Below, in pieces: positions 10,797 through 20,000 of a stretch of DNA of 20,000 bases. How positions within the stretch are numbered: the first letter of the stretch is position 1; every line of letters begins with the position of its first letter. A program made the position numbers and the translations under genes. The notes under the pieces are model-generated. The model made no database searches. It was given only the letters and a program-made list of their open reading frames with translations, and was not told the origin of the DNA. Origin of the DNA: Chiloscyllium plagiosum (lineage: Eukaryota); NCBI RefSeq assembly GCF_004010195.1, contig NC_057749.1:20388296-20408295 (forward strand). Direction: 5' to 3'.

Positions 10797-11270
10797 GACT
10801 CAGGAGTAGGTCATCAGCCCCCTTGGTCTGTTCCACCATTCATTCAATTAGATTATAATTAATCTGTATCATAAATCCTCAACTTCTTTGGCTTCATAAC
10901 CATTAATCCCACTGCTAAACTATAGTTGACTTAGTTTTGGTCTGAAATTTGCATTTATCCTCAGCCCCAACAGATATTTTAGAGAGAGGGTGTGGGAATG
11001 GGTTCCAGATTTTACTAACTCCGAGCAGATTAGCTGCACCGTCACAGGAAGTAATTTCTATCAGATGCTTTAATTATGATCAAGGGTACACTTATAGCTC
11101 CCTTAATTATCTATATTCAAGGGAATCAAGATGGTGCAAGGCTGTAATGGAACCCTTTTAGGGCCGATATTATTCTAGTGAATCTGTCCTGCATTCTTTC
11201 CAAGGCCAATATTTCCTTCCTTACGGGCGATGCCCTGGATAATGCAATAGCCATCGATTGAGGTTAACAT
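10797..11270 (-). mobile_element. Old CR1 3' remnant
   Basis: caggagtaggtcatcagccccc...ccaccattca resembles the 3' UTR at 1100-1170. The decayed body includes ttccaaggccaatatttccttcctta. Confidence 0.6.
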
Positions 11271-11284
11271 ATTCTTTCACAGGT

Positions 11285-11485
11285 CATGACTGTCACTGGC
11301 TGGGACAGTAATTACTGCCCATCCCCAACTGTCCTTGAAACAGTGGGGAGGAGCCTCCCACAGTGCTATTAGGGAGGAAGATCCATGACTTTGATCCAGC
11401 AACAGGAGAAACTGGCAAATATTCCCAAATCAGGATGGCGTGGGGCTTGGAGGGGAGCTTGCAGGTGATAGCATTCCCCTTCACA
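11285..11485 (-). mobile_element. 3' end of the same LINE family as 17620-18258
   Basis: Reverse-complement similarity: attactgcccatccccaactgtccttga...ccaaatcaggatggcgtggggcttggaggggagcttgcaggtg. Confidence 0.7.
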
Positions 11486-11593
11486 TTCCTCAGGAATAGA
11501 TTCAAATGAACACTATCCACATTTTTGTACCCACCCCACCCCTCCTGAAATATCCTGTGAGGCTCAGTTTTGTGATTGGCAATGCACCCTTAC

Positions 11594-11717
11594 CTTAGCC
11601 AGCGGAAACTCTTCTTGTAGTGCACACAGGTACCAAACTCAGGCAGGGGCTTCCCGTACTGAAGAACAGGTCCGGGGGGCTGTCTCTTCCGACGCCGATG
11701 AACTGCATTATTTGCAT
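11594..11717 (-). CDS. Coding exon C (start of CHY zinc finger): DANNAVHRRRKRQPPGPVLQYGKPLPEFGTCVHYKKSFRWL(R)
   Basis: Acceptor ctaatctgtcactgaag|AT (weak pyrimidine tract) and donor CTAAG|gtaagg. Length 124 nt = 2 + 40 codons + 2. Carries the CxHY signature. Phase 1 in, phase 2 out. Confidence 0.92.
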
Positions 11718-12029
11718 CTTCAGTGACAGATTAGAGCAGAAAACCGATTACTGCACGTTCTTGAAGTGACAGATACTCAGAATTACAAACTATGAAAGCA
11801 GAGCAAGGGAGATTCCGACCTAGAATTTATTGCCCTATGAGAGGCCAAATCTGAACCTCTCCAGACCCTGGTAAACAGCAAGCTCTGTCCATTTCTTATT
11901 AGGTTGTTGCATCTTTAGTATATCAGATAACAGTCTATTCCTGAATTAAACTTTAAACAGAGGAGCTCCTTGCGGTTAAACTTAACTTAAAATTCCTTTA
12001 GGTTATAAACAGAACTGCACAGATTACCC

Positions 12030-12420
12030 ATCTGGGAAGGTCAGCTCTCGTTTCTCCTGAGAGGTGAAGGTTGAGATCTTTAAAATTATGAAGTGTTTAG
12101 TAGACTGGACGCAAAGAGAACGATTCTACTTGGGATGAAGGTCATAACTAGAGGATGCTAATTTAAGGTTAACATCAAGAAATCTAAATGAGAAAATGGA
12201 AGAAACTTCCTTACTGAGACAGCAGTGAGAATATGGAATTCATTACTACAAAGGGTGGGGGTAAGGATGGGGACAAGAGTTATAAATACATATGAAGGAG
12301 TATGGAAAAGAGGGCTTCACTGACAAATGAGTTGGGGAGAGTGGGGGAAGTTAACGAGGTTCCAATTGGACACAAGTGTTGTCATGGACTCGTATGAAAT
12401 GACCATTTCCGTCCTGAATA
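12030..12420 (+). mobile_element. Very old CR1 3' remnant
   Basis: gagatctttaaaattatgaag, actagaggatgctaatttaagg and gtgagaatatggaattcattactaca resemble the CR1 ORF2 C-terminus. Confidence 0.55.
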
Positions 12421-12539
12421 TTCAGTACAGATCTCTACATCTATACACTGAATCAACGTTATCTCACATCAAGTCTCCTTGGACCCCTGACCCCACAGTT
12501 GCTGTCTAACAAAGACAGTTTCATCATTTTTGAACTCAC

Positions 12540-12657
12540 CAGTTTCATCCTGTGATTGGGCATGGATCTGGTAAAACTGTGCAGCTTCCACCATAACACT
12601 GAGTTTTACATGACATTGCAAGCAGTTTAACTCCTTGTATCGGCCGTAAGAGAGGCC
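12540..12657 (-). CDS. Coding exon B: GLSYGRYKELNCLQCHVKLSVMVEAAQFYQIHAQSQDET
   Basis: Acceptor ctctgattatctag|GGC and donor ACTG|gtgagt. Length 118 nt = 39 codons + 1, open frame, contains CLQC. Phase 0 in, phase 1 out. Confidence 0.9.
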
Positions 12658-13311
12658 CTAGATAATCAGAGAGAAACAATAAGACTTGCGCAGTCAGGCA
12701 TAGTTAAAGAACTTGTGGAGTGGAAGTCTAAGTCTCTTTCTGAGGAATTCTCAAATCTTTTATTCAGCAAACTAGCGGTTAAAAACAATCCTTAATCTTA
12801 CAGTGCAAACTTTCAGACCTTTAAAATGATTTGAGCAGTTAAAGAATAGTGAACTACGCCATTTGTAGGAATATTAACACTATTCATCTCTCAATTGCCA
12901 GGCTTTTCAAATCAATTAAAAACTCAGTTCAACTTTAGTAGAGTGAGTAAGATGTGTTCTTAATAATTGTTTTGGAATCATTTTGGTCGTTAGTCCACAA
13001 TGTGAAGGACAACATCCTGTGTAAAACAGATCAGTGTCTCAGCCTCAGATACATAAGCAGGGCTCCAATTGGGGACAGCTAAAAGTGGCTGCCTAAATAT
13101 ATATATAGGCTGGTTACTGCTCATAGTATCATTAGTGTTTGGCTTTAGATGCCTAGGTGAACAAGTTTTCTGTTTTTAGTATACCACTAGCTTTAAGCAC
13201 AGTTCTAACCCAGCAGGAATGCACTGCATCTGAAAGACATTGCCTTCTACTGGTTAACTTGCCAGCAGTGATCGTCTGAAGGAAAAACTGGTGTGAGCCT
13301 ACATTTACAAT

Positions 13312-13640
13312 ATCTTGCATTTATATACAGTCTATTAGTCAAAGGCCCCACAGGGTTATTAAATAAAAATTAACACAAGTCTCACAAGGAGATTTTAGGA
13401 CTGGTGAACAAAAGCTAAGTTAGCGAGGCACATTTTAAGAAGCAAACTAAAAGAAGAGAGCAAGGTAGAAAGACACAGAATTGAGGAGGAGGAGGAAAAG
13501 CCAGAGACTCTAAAGACAGGGCCCTCAACAGTGGAGCAATGGAAATCAAGGAAGTGCAAGAGGTGAAAATTGGAGGAAGAGAGTTCTGGGAAGGTTTAAA
13601 ACTACAGGCGATTACAGGGATAGGGAGGAAATGAGGTTAT
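13312..13640 (-). mobile_element. L2-like LINE 3' remnant
   Basis: cttgcatttatata...caaggagattttaggactggtgaacaaaagct followed by a purine-rich body, recalled as the reverse strand of a chondrichthyan L2 tail. Confidence 0.5.
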
Positions 13641-13825
13641 GAAAGCAAGGAGGCCAATATATATTTTTTAAATATTTCAAGATTAGAAACTAACACAGTT
13701 CAGCCAGCACAGCTATTGTCAAACAAGAGTTTCAAAGAGTTTGTATCCTATTTAATCTGTTTGTTTAGTACAACCCATTCTACAGCTTCCACCTACAGGA
13801 AGCAGATTAGACAAACCTCCTATTA

Positions 13826-13990
13826 GTAAAACAAAGAGCTGTGGATGCTGGAGATCAGAAGCACACAAAGAAAGAAACTGTTGGAGAAACACAGCAGGTC
13901 TGGCAACATCTGTGGAACAAGAAACAGAGTTAATGTTCTCAGTCCAGTGACCATTTGACTTTCTCTAGTATTTCTGTTTTTGTGTGTTTC
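13826..13990. mobile_element. Penelope-like terminal fragment with an imperfect internal inverted repeat
   Basis: Start gtaaaacaaagagctgtggatgctggagatcaga resembles the 5265 insert (gtaaaaacaatgactgcagatgctgaaaaccaga). Arms at 13858-13889 and 13960-13990 are imperfect reverse complements. Confidence 0.55.
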
Positions 13991-14289
13991 AAACCAATAG
14001 ACCTGTAATCAATTCCCTCACAGTTCAGCAGAATACCAAGACTGGTTGACGATGGGAAAGGCATGCATGAATGAGGAGTATTTAGCTCGTCCTTAAGCCT
14101 CTGACTTTAGCCTTGATGCACATCAACAATTTGCCTCCATTGTTTAATATTAGGAGGAGCTTGCAGGTGTAATACAATCTTGGGGACAAAAAGAAATTGG
14201 CAAATGCCAGAAACATGAAAGAACCACAGAATTAACCGGAAATGAGTAGCAGGTCAATCAGTAACTGAACAAGATATACAGGCTGATAC

Positions 14290-14750
14290 TGGGGATGCAA
14301 CCTGGAATAGGCAGGTAATTTTATAAGATTGGATAGGCAAGGCTAAAATCCGCTGGAGTTTAGAAGAAGCAACTTAGTTAAAACATACAAGATCCTGAAG
14401 GGTCCTGAACAGGATGGATGTGGAGAGAGTGCTTCGTCTTGTTGGAATATTTAGAACTAGGGGTTCACTGTTTCAAAGTAAGGCATCATGCATTTGAGGC
14501 AGAGATTAGACTATTTGTTTCTGACCCCTCCCATAGAGGATGGGCAATCTTTGGCACTCTGCTTCCATTGCTTTTTTGAGAAAGAGTCCTTGAACATTTC
14601 TAAGGCAGAGGTAGATAGATTCTTATTAAGCAAGGTGCAAGGTATAAAGGGTAAGAGAGAATATTGAGTAATCAGAACAGCCAGGATCTTATTAAACAGC
14701 GGAGCAGGCTCAAGGAGCTGAACTGCCTACTCCTGCTCCCAATTCGTATG
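14290..14750 (+). mobile_element. Old CR1 3' fragment
   Basis: Similar to 3310-3745: acctggaataggcag, catacaagatcctgaagggtcc, and tail gcctactcctgctcccaattcgtatg. Confidence 0.75.
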
Positions 14751-14988
14751 CAAACCTTTCATTCAAATGTGAACATTCCTGATTTAAGTTACAGTCTGAA
14801 TGAGGAAACAACCTTTTCGTTAATTGGCAGACTGGGCAATTCTGATAGGACTCAAATCTCCAGTCACTACAACACAACACATAACTTTGCACCGCACACC
14901 TCTATTGATCTCCTGCACAGCATAAATAAATGGTTTACGGAGGCAGGACACATGCTGCTTTAAGAGAATCCAAATTTTATCCACTGAC

Positions 14989-15217
14989 CTGCAGCGGTCC
15001 CTCCTTGGAGCATTTTAGACAGCCCACAGCAAACCGACTGTCCTGTATCACTAATTCTATAGGGACACATCCACACAGGTCCAGGTATCCCATTATGTCT
15101 GAGTGCTCATGAACTACACTGGGCTGGAACGCTACGCTGATGTCTGTGTTACATTTCTCACAGCTTACATATGAAGGGCACTTCTGTGACACAGTAAATT
15201 GTGAACCAACTTTGCAC
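14989..15217 (-). CDS. Coding exon A of an uncharacterised CHY-zinc-finger protein: (x)CKVGSQFTVSQKCPSYVSCEKCNTDISVAFQPSVVHEHSDIMGYLDLCGCVPIELVIQDSRFAVGCLKCSKEGPLQ
   Basis: Acceptor ttcactttattcttaaag|G at 15218/15217 and donor CAG|gtcagt at 14989/14988. Length 229 nt = 1 + 76 codons, no stop. Contains CEKC and CLKC pairs and ends in phase 0, matching exon B. Confidence 0.9.
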
Positions 15218-15769
15218 CTTTAAGAATAAAGTGAACAAATAGTTAGGCCTAGAAAATTGCTTATTAGTCCATAATACGTTCTACATCCTCACCCTTAGCA
15301 ATGTAAACACAGCAGGCACACAGGAGTCAATGAGAAATGAATCCACATGCAAGGTAATCTCATTTAAAGAAAGGTTAAATCTTTAAACACTTCTGCAAAG
15401 CTGCTGTCATTTACAAAACCGATCAACCCAGGGCCATAGCAGATGATGTTTATGGATTGAAATCTGGGATGAGTTTGAAATAATTAACCCAACAGGAAGA
15501 CTCAATAATGGAGTCCTTCCTGGAAACTGTACCTGGGCTGACAGTTTGGATCTGTCACAATTATGAGGTTGCTAAAAACTACCCAAGTAAGAAGCCCTAA
15601 CAACTTAAATGAGATTTCTAGAAAATAATATGAACATGCCCAACTTAGAATTAAAAGGAGGCACTGCAGGAGGTTGAGATTCAGAGGTAATACAAAGACA
15701 TTTCTAGTAAGTTTCAATGCATTAGTTTCAATGTGAATGGAATAATTCTACAATGCTCTCAAATACTAC

Positions 15770-16070
15770 GCACATGGGTTTAAAATGAGGGGCGGGGGGG
15801 GGAGAAAGAGTATAAAGGAAATGTGCGAGGAAATTTTTTTTTACAAACAGGGTAGTAGGTAATGGAACATGCTGCCAGGGGGAGATGATAGAAGCAGATA
15901 TGTTAGCAAAGTTTAAGGGTCATTTAGATAGACACTTGAACAAACATGAAATAGAGGGATACAGACCTTGTGCAGTCAGATTGGATTAATTTAGAATGGT
16001 ATCGTGGTTGGCACAGACACGGTGGGCTGAAGGGCCTATTCCTGTGAAGTGCTGCACTATGTTCTATGAC
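15770..16070 (+). mobile_element. CR1/HER1-type 3' fragment
   Basis: catgggtttaaaatgagggg...ggaacatgctgccagggg...catttagatagacac...gggctgaagggcctattcctgtg...tatgttctatg. Confidence 0.8.
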
Positions 16071-16407
16071 ACTCTCCAGTCTAACATGCAAGTCTAAATG
16101 TGAGAGACTTTTGAGGCATGTGCAATAAAACACAGTTCATCTTAAAAGACTGCCAAATGTTTTTCTCAACTGCATTGTTTGGGTTACTTGGTACCACCAT
16201 CAGTGTGCAGAAATGTTACACTACTCCCAACGGAAGCAGAATAGATCAGACATGCATCTCTGCAGTTATACATCGGTTTCTTTTAGAAAAAAAGTATATG
16301 TAAGTTAACAGGAATGAATTGATCTTGCAAAAATGTTCAAACGAGGTCTTGAGGCAGTCTGTAAATGAGAAGAAAATTGGAGCTTTACCAAAGGGTGAGA
16401 CTTTAAA

Positions 16408-16512
16408 GGAAACGCGGACTAATGGTGGCGACCCAGGAAACGCGGACTAATGGTGGCGACCCAGGAAACGCGCGACCCAGGAAACGCGGACTAATGGTGG
16501 CGACCCAGGAAA
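16408..16512. repeat. Minisatellite: three identical 28-bp units plus one 16-bp internally deleted unit
   Basis: ggaaacgcggactaatggtggcgaccca at 16408, 16436 and 16480; ggaaacgcgcgaccca at 16464; partial ggaaa at 16508. Confidence 0.97.
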
Positions 16513-17145
16513 AGGTGGGGGGGGGCTTCTGGTGAAAACTGTGATCAGAGGGATATGTCTTGATTGGTTCAGCAAAGGACCATTTTTCCTATGCCAGCTC
16601 TAAGTGTCTCGAGTGCTAGCTAGTTGTACATCATGATGGTTAGAAACCTCCAGAGGTCTCTTGTGGTGCAAGAGTTTCCCTACCTTAGAGCCAGAGCCCT
16701 GGGTTCATGTACAATGACACATGTGAACAAGGAGCTTAGAAAATACCTACACTGAAATGTCCTTACACACACAAGTCAATGTACTCATACATACAATGTC
16801 TACCAGCACTCCCTAATCACAAAAACAAAAACACGCAGCAATCCAAAAGCATTTGCACATTCTTGGGTTTCACATTATCATTTTAACAACAAAACCATGA
16901 TGACAGCTGGGGATCAATAACCCCCTTCATTGCTGATTTGTTTTGCTAAATTAGAAATTTTCCACAGTGGCCAATTTGATAGGCAATTGATACTCAACAG
17001 TATCTGGTCAGAGTAGAGCTGACATCTGCACAGCTTTCTCCTCAACCTGTCGGACGAGATTATCCTGGATCCTGTACATGAAATTACCCAAATAGCTGAG
17101 TGATCCTGATCATGGATCAGCAACCCAGAGAGTGCAACTCTTCTG

Positions 17146-17254
17146 TCAGAAGTCACGCAACATCAGGTTATAGTCCAACAGGTTTATTTGCTCTAGAAGC
17201 TTGTTATTTCAAATAAAGCTGTTGGACTATAACCTGGAGTTCTGTGACGTCTGA
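17146..17254. repeat. Long inverted repeat (45-bp arms, 19-nt loop), probably Penelope-derived
   Basis: caggttatagtccaacag (17164-17181) pairs perfectly with ctgttggactataacctg (17219-17236). tttatttg/caaataaa, gtcac/gtgac and tcaga/tctga also pair. Confidence 0.9.
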
Positions 17255-17619
17255 TTTTGTCCACCCCATTTCAACACCTCCACACCATGGCCAATCCTCT
17301 GCGGCATATAAGGAATTTAACTTCAATACATGGGATAATTGGCTGGCATAATAATTATATGAGCTACTGGCTTGGTTTAAAATCTCAACTAAGCTCAGGG
17401 AGATACCTCTCCCTGGTCTAGCCTACACATGACTCGAGACCCAGTTGAATCAATAGCCACACTACAAAAACAAATTACAAAAGTTAGGATTTGCACCAAG
17501 CAGTCCACAGGTAAATGTCAACCAAATCTTACACTCTACTGATAAAACTGCTTCATGCACATTATGACAACAAAAAAACCTCAGTAATGAAGGTGGCTTT
17601 ATTAATATAATACCATTTA

Positions 17620-18258
17620 TTAAGGCTCCTTAGACAGCACCTTCCAAACCTCTGACCTCTACCATTTAGAAGGACAAGGGCAGCAAATACATGGTAACAC
17701 CACCACCTGCAAGTTCCCCTCCAAACCACTTATCACCCTGACTTGGAAATATATCACTGGTCCTCCACTGTTGCTGAGTCAAAATACTGGAATTCCCTCC
17801 CTAACGGCATTGTGGGCCATCCTACAGCACACAGACTGCAGCAGTTCAAGGAGGCAGCACATTACTACCTTCTCCAGACAGCATGGTAACTCAGTGGTTA
17901 GCCCTGCTTCCTCACTAAGCCAGGGACCTAGGTTCAATTCCACCCTCAGGCAACTGTCCGAGTGGAGTTTACACGTCCTCCGTGTGTGTGGGAGTTTCCT
18001 CCCGGTGTTCTGGTTTCCTCCCACAATCCAAAGATGTGCAGTTTAGGTAGACCGGCCACGCTAAATTGCCCATAGCATTCAGGAATGTGCAGGTTAGGTA
18101 CATGATTCAGGTGTAAATGTCAGATAATTGGGTAGGGGAATGGGTCTGGGTCGGTTATTCTTTGGAGGGTCGGTGTGGACTTGTTGGGCCGAGGGCCCGT
18201 TTCCACACTGCAGGGATTCTATGATTAACTAGGGATGGGCCAAAAACGTCAGCCTAGA
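17620..18258 (+). mobile_element. LINE 3' fragment (17620-17876 and 18227-18258) interrupted by an HE1-like SINE
   Basis: aggctccttagacagcaccttccaaacc...caagttcccctccaaaccac...ctaccttctcca resumes after the SINE as aactagggatgggc. Confidence 0.75.
17877..18226 (+). mobile_element. HE1-like tRNA-derived V-SINE, near full length
   Basis: Pol III A-box taactcagtgg (17887-17897) and B-box ggttcaattcc (17931-17941). V-domain-like gtggagtttacacgtcctcc...ggtttcctcccacaatccaaagatgtgc. CR1/HER1-type tail gggccgagggcccgtttccacactg...ctatgatt. Confidence 0.88.
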
Positions 18259-18329
18259 TCGTGGAACCTGCATCCCGTTAAAAGAATTTGAAAAGGAAAG
18301 TTATGCAAGAAGTTTATAAATAATGGGTC

Positions 18330-18750
18330 AACTTGAGAAATGTGCCTAATTTTGGGCACCCCACACTTTAGGAAGGATGGCAAGTCTTTGGAGAGAGTAC
18401 AGAAATCTACCAGAATGGTAACAGGACAATGGACTTGTGTGAAGAGGCTGGGGAAGGTGAGATTGCTCTTCTTCAACAGAGAAAATTAAAATGGAGAAGT
18501 ATTCAAATATGATAACTTATCGTGGAGGAAATATGGCAGAATCCCGAGGGGATATTTCAGATTTTGGAATGCATTAACTGACAAGAGCAGTGCAAGTAGG
18601 TTAGAAATTCGTTCAAAAAAAAAATTGAATAAATATTTGAAAAAATGTATTTATAGGATCATGGGAAAGAGCACAGGAGATGGGACTAACTGGGTAGCAA
18701 TCACTGACCATGACAGGAAGATTATTCAGCTTCTGTTCTGTATGATGCTA
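18330..18750 (+). mobile_element. Very old CR1 3' remnant
   Basis: ttttgggcaccccacactttaggaaggatg...ttggagagagtacagaaa resembles the FW.PH.RKD..LERVQ region. Confidence 0.6.
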
Positions 18751-18779
18751 TGTTAATCTCAGCTCTTCCCAGAATCCTT

Positions 18780-19299
18780 AAAGTGGCCTTGAAACAGTGG
18801 ATGTAATGGTGGGCATCTTTCAAGTAGCCCCTTTACAGGGTGCAGAGAAAGCAGGGAATTACAGACTGGTTAGCCAGACACTGGTAGGCGGGAGAATGCT
18901 TAAATCCATTATAAAAGATTAATAGCAGAATTCTTGGAAGAGAATGACGAAATTGTACAGTGTCAGCGCTGATTTCCAAAGGGGAAGCTGTGTTTGACAA
19001 GTCTGCTGGAGTCTTTTGAGAATGTAGTTTGTAAAGTGAATAAAGGGGTTCCAGTAAATGTGGTTTACTTGGTCTTTCAAGATTAGCAAAATTAAAGTGT
19101 ATGGGATTGGGGACATGTTTAGAGAACTGTTTGACAGACAGGAAACAAAGATTTGGACTAAGTCGGTCATTTTCTAAGCGCCAGGCAGTGATTAGTGGGG
19201 TACTGCAAGGATCAGCGCTTGGATCACAGTTATTCACAACATACATAATGACTGAGAGAGGAAACAAAATGTTATATCTCCACGCATGCAAACAACACA
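18780..19299 (+). mobile_element. Old CR1 RT remnant
   Basis: gggaattacagactggttagcc (GNYRLVS), CLTSLLESFE and SGVLQGSALGSQLFTTYI. Ends in a decayed ISKFADDT (atctccacgcatgcaaacaacaca). Confidence 0.8.
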
Positions 19300-20000
19300 T
19301 TTTGAGTGCGAGCAGCAGCAGAGTTTAAAGGAACCTGGAAGGCTACAGCTAAGGTGAGACAGATTGTTTTAAAATTATTTACCTGTAGCGGGCAGCGGTG
19401 TTTTTTTTTCTCTTCACAGAAAGAGCGGGAGCAGCAGGGGGAAGTGACGAAGACCAGAGGGGCAGCCGGGACCCGGAAGCAGGTATAGTGTAAGCTTACC
19501 TGGGTAGGTTTTTTCCCTATAAAAGTGCGCAAGAGAAGAATCCGAGACACTACAGAGGTAGTGCCTCCCACCCGCCCTCCTCCTCTAACCTAATAATAAG
19601 ACCCGTTGTGGTAAGTAGGTAAGTGCTGCATTTTGCTTGTTCTATTCTTTAGACCCAGTTTTTTTTTAAAAAAAGGTTACTTTTAGATGGATGGCAGTGA
19701 AGGCAGTGCAATGTTCCTCTTGCAACATGTTTGAGGTGAGGGATGCCATGGTCGTCCCTGCTGATTATACTTGCAGGAAGTGCACCCATCTCCAGCTCCT
19801 CCAAGACCGTGTTAGGGAACTGGAGCTGGAGTTGGATGAACTTAGGATCATTCGGGAGGCAGAGGGGGATCATAGATCGGAGCTTTAGGGAAGTAGTAAC
19901 TCCAAAGATTGCAGAAAGATGGTTGACAGTAAGGGGGATTGGGAGGCAGCAGCCGGTGCAGGGACTCCCTGCGGCCATTCCCCACAAGAACAAGTATACC
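19300..20000 (+). mobile_element. 5' end of a young CR1 LINE: 5' UTR and ORF1 start (runs off the window)
   Basis: GC-richer UTR with retained CpGs, followed by an ORF with a CxxC...CxxC plus leucine-zipper N-terminus typical of CR1 ORF1. Confidence 0.85.
19691..20000 (+). pseudogene. CR1 ORF1 N-terminus (zinc finger/leucine zipper) with one frameshift
   Basis: MAVKAVQCSSCNMFEVRDAMVVPADYTCRKCTHLQLLQDRVRELELELDELRIIREAEG. Removing one G from the G5 run at 19864-19868 continues the frame as IIDRSFREVVTPKIAERWLTVRGIGRQQPVQGLPAAIPHKNKYT to the window end. Confidence 0.85.

Noticed and set aside
117..11717. Calling the gene RCHY1/Pirh2
   Set aside because: RCHY1 has an N-terminal CHY followed by CTCHY and RING domains. 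Here CHY is preceded by a long CxxC region and followed by HWEGGxGCR.
15502..15717. Candidate upstream exon (ORF with CCCAG|gtacag near 15532)
   Set aside because: The donor is weak, no convincing acceptor was found and the peptide has no family-like character. No further upstream exon was recognised in 15218-20000.
16408..16512. CRISPR-like array (28-bp repeats)
   Set aside because: The units are directly adjacent with no unique spacers, there are no cas genes, and the context is a vertebrate intron.
17877..17950. tRNA gene
   Set aside because: The A and B boxes belong to a SINE head that continues into a V-domain and LINE-derived tail, and no intact cloverleaf is evident.
19480..19690. 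Spliced intron in the CR1 5' UTR (gtaagt donors near 19611-19624, tttag acceptors near 19651 and 19686)
   Set aside because: The best donor-acceptor pairs are very close together and such motifs arise by chance; this cannot be supported without transcripts.

Overview
This is eukaryotic DNA, most likely from a cartilaginous fish (shark-like), judging by its CR1/HER1-type LINEs, HE1-like V-SINE, Deu-type SINE and Penelope-like fragments. Five minus-strand exons (15217-14989, 12657-12540, 11717-11594, 1901-1790, 229-117) all have GT-AG boundaries and matching phases. They splice into 696 nt of uninterrupted reading frame encoding a Cys-rich protein with a C-terminal-type CHY zinc finger and an HWEGGxGCR motif. 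The ORF track largely misses this gene, and both its ends lie outside the window. The introns hold decayed and nested retroelements. These include a TSD-flanked Penelope-like insert with a hammerhead-ribozyme-like core, two inverted-repeat elements, a perfect 28-bp minisatellite, and the 5' end of a young CR1 with ORF1. Repeat family names and homologue names are from memory, not from database searches, and repeat boundaries are approximate.
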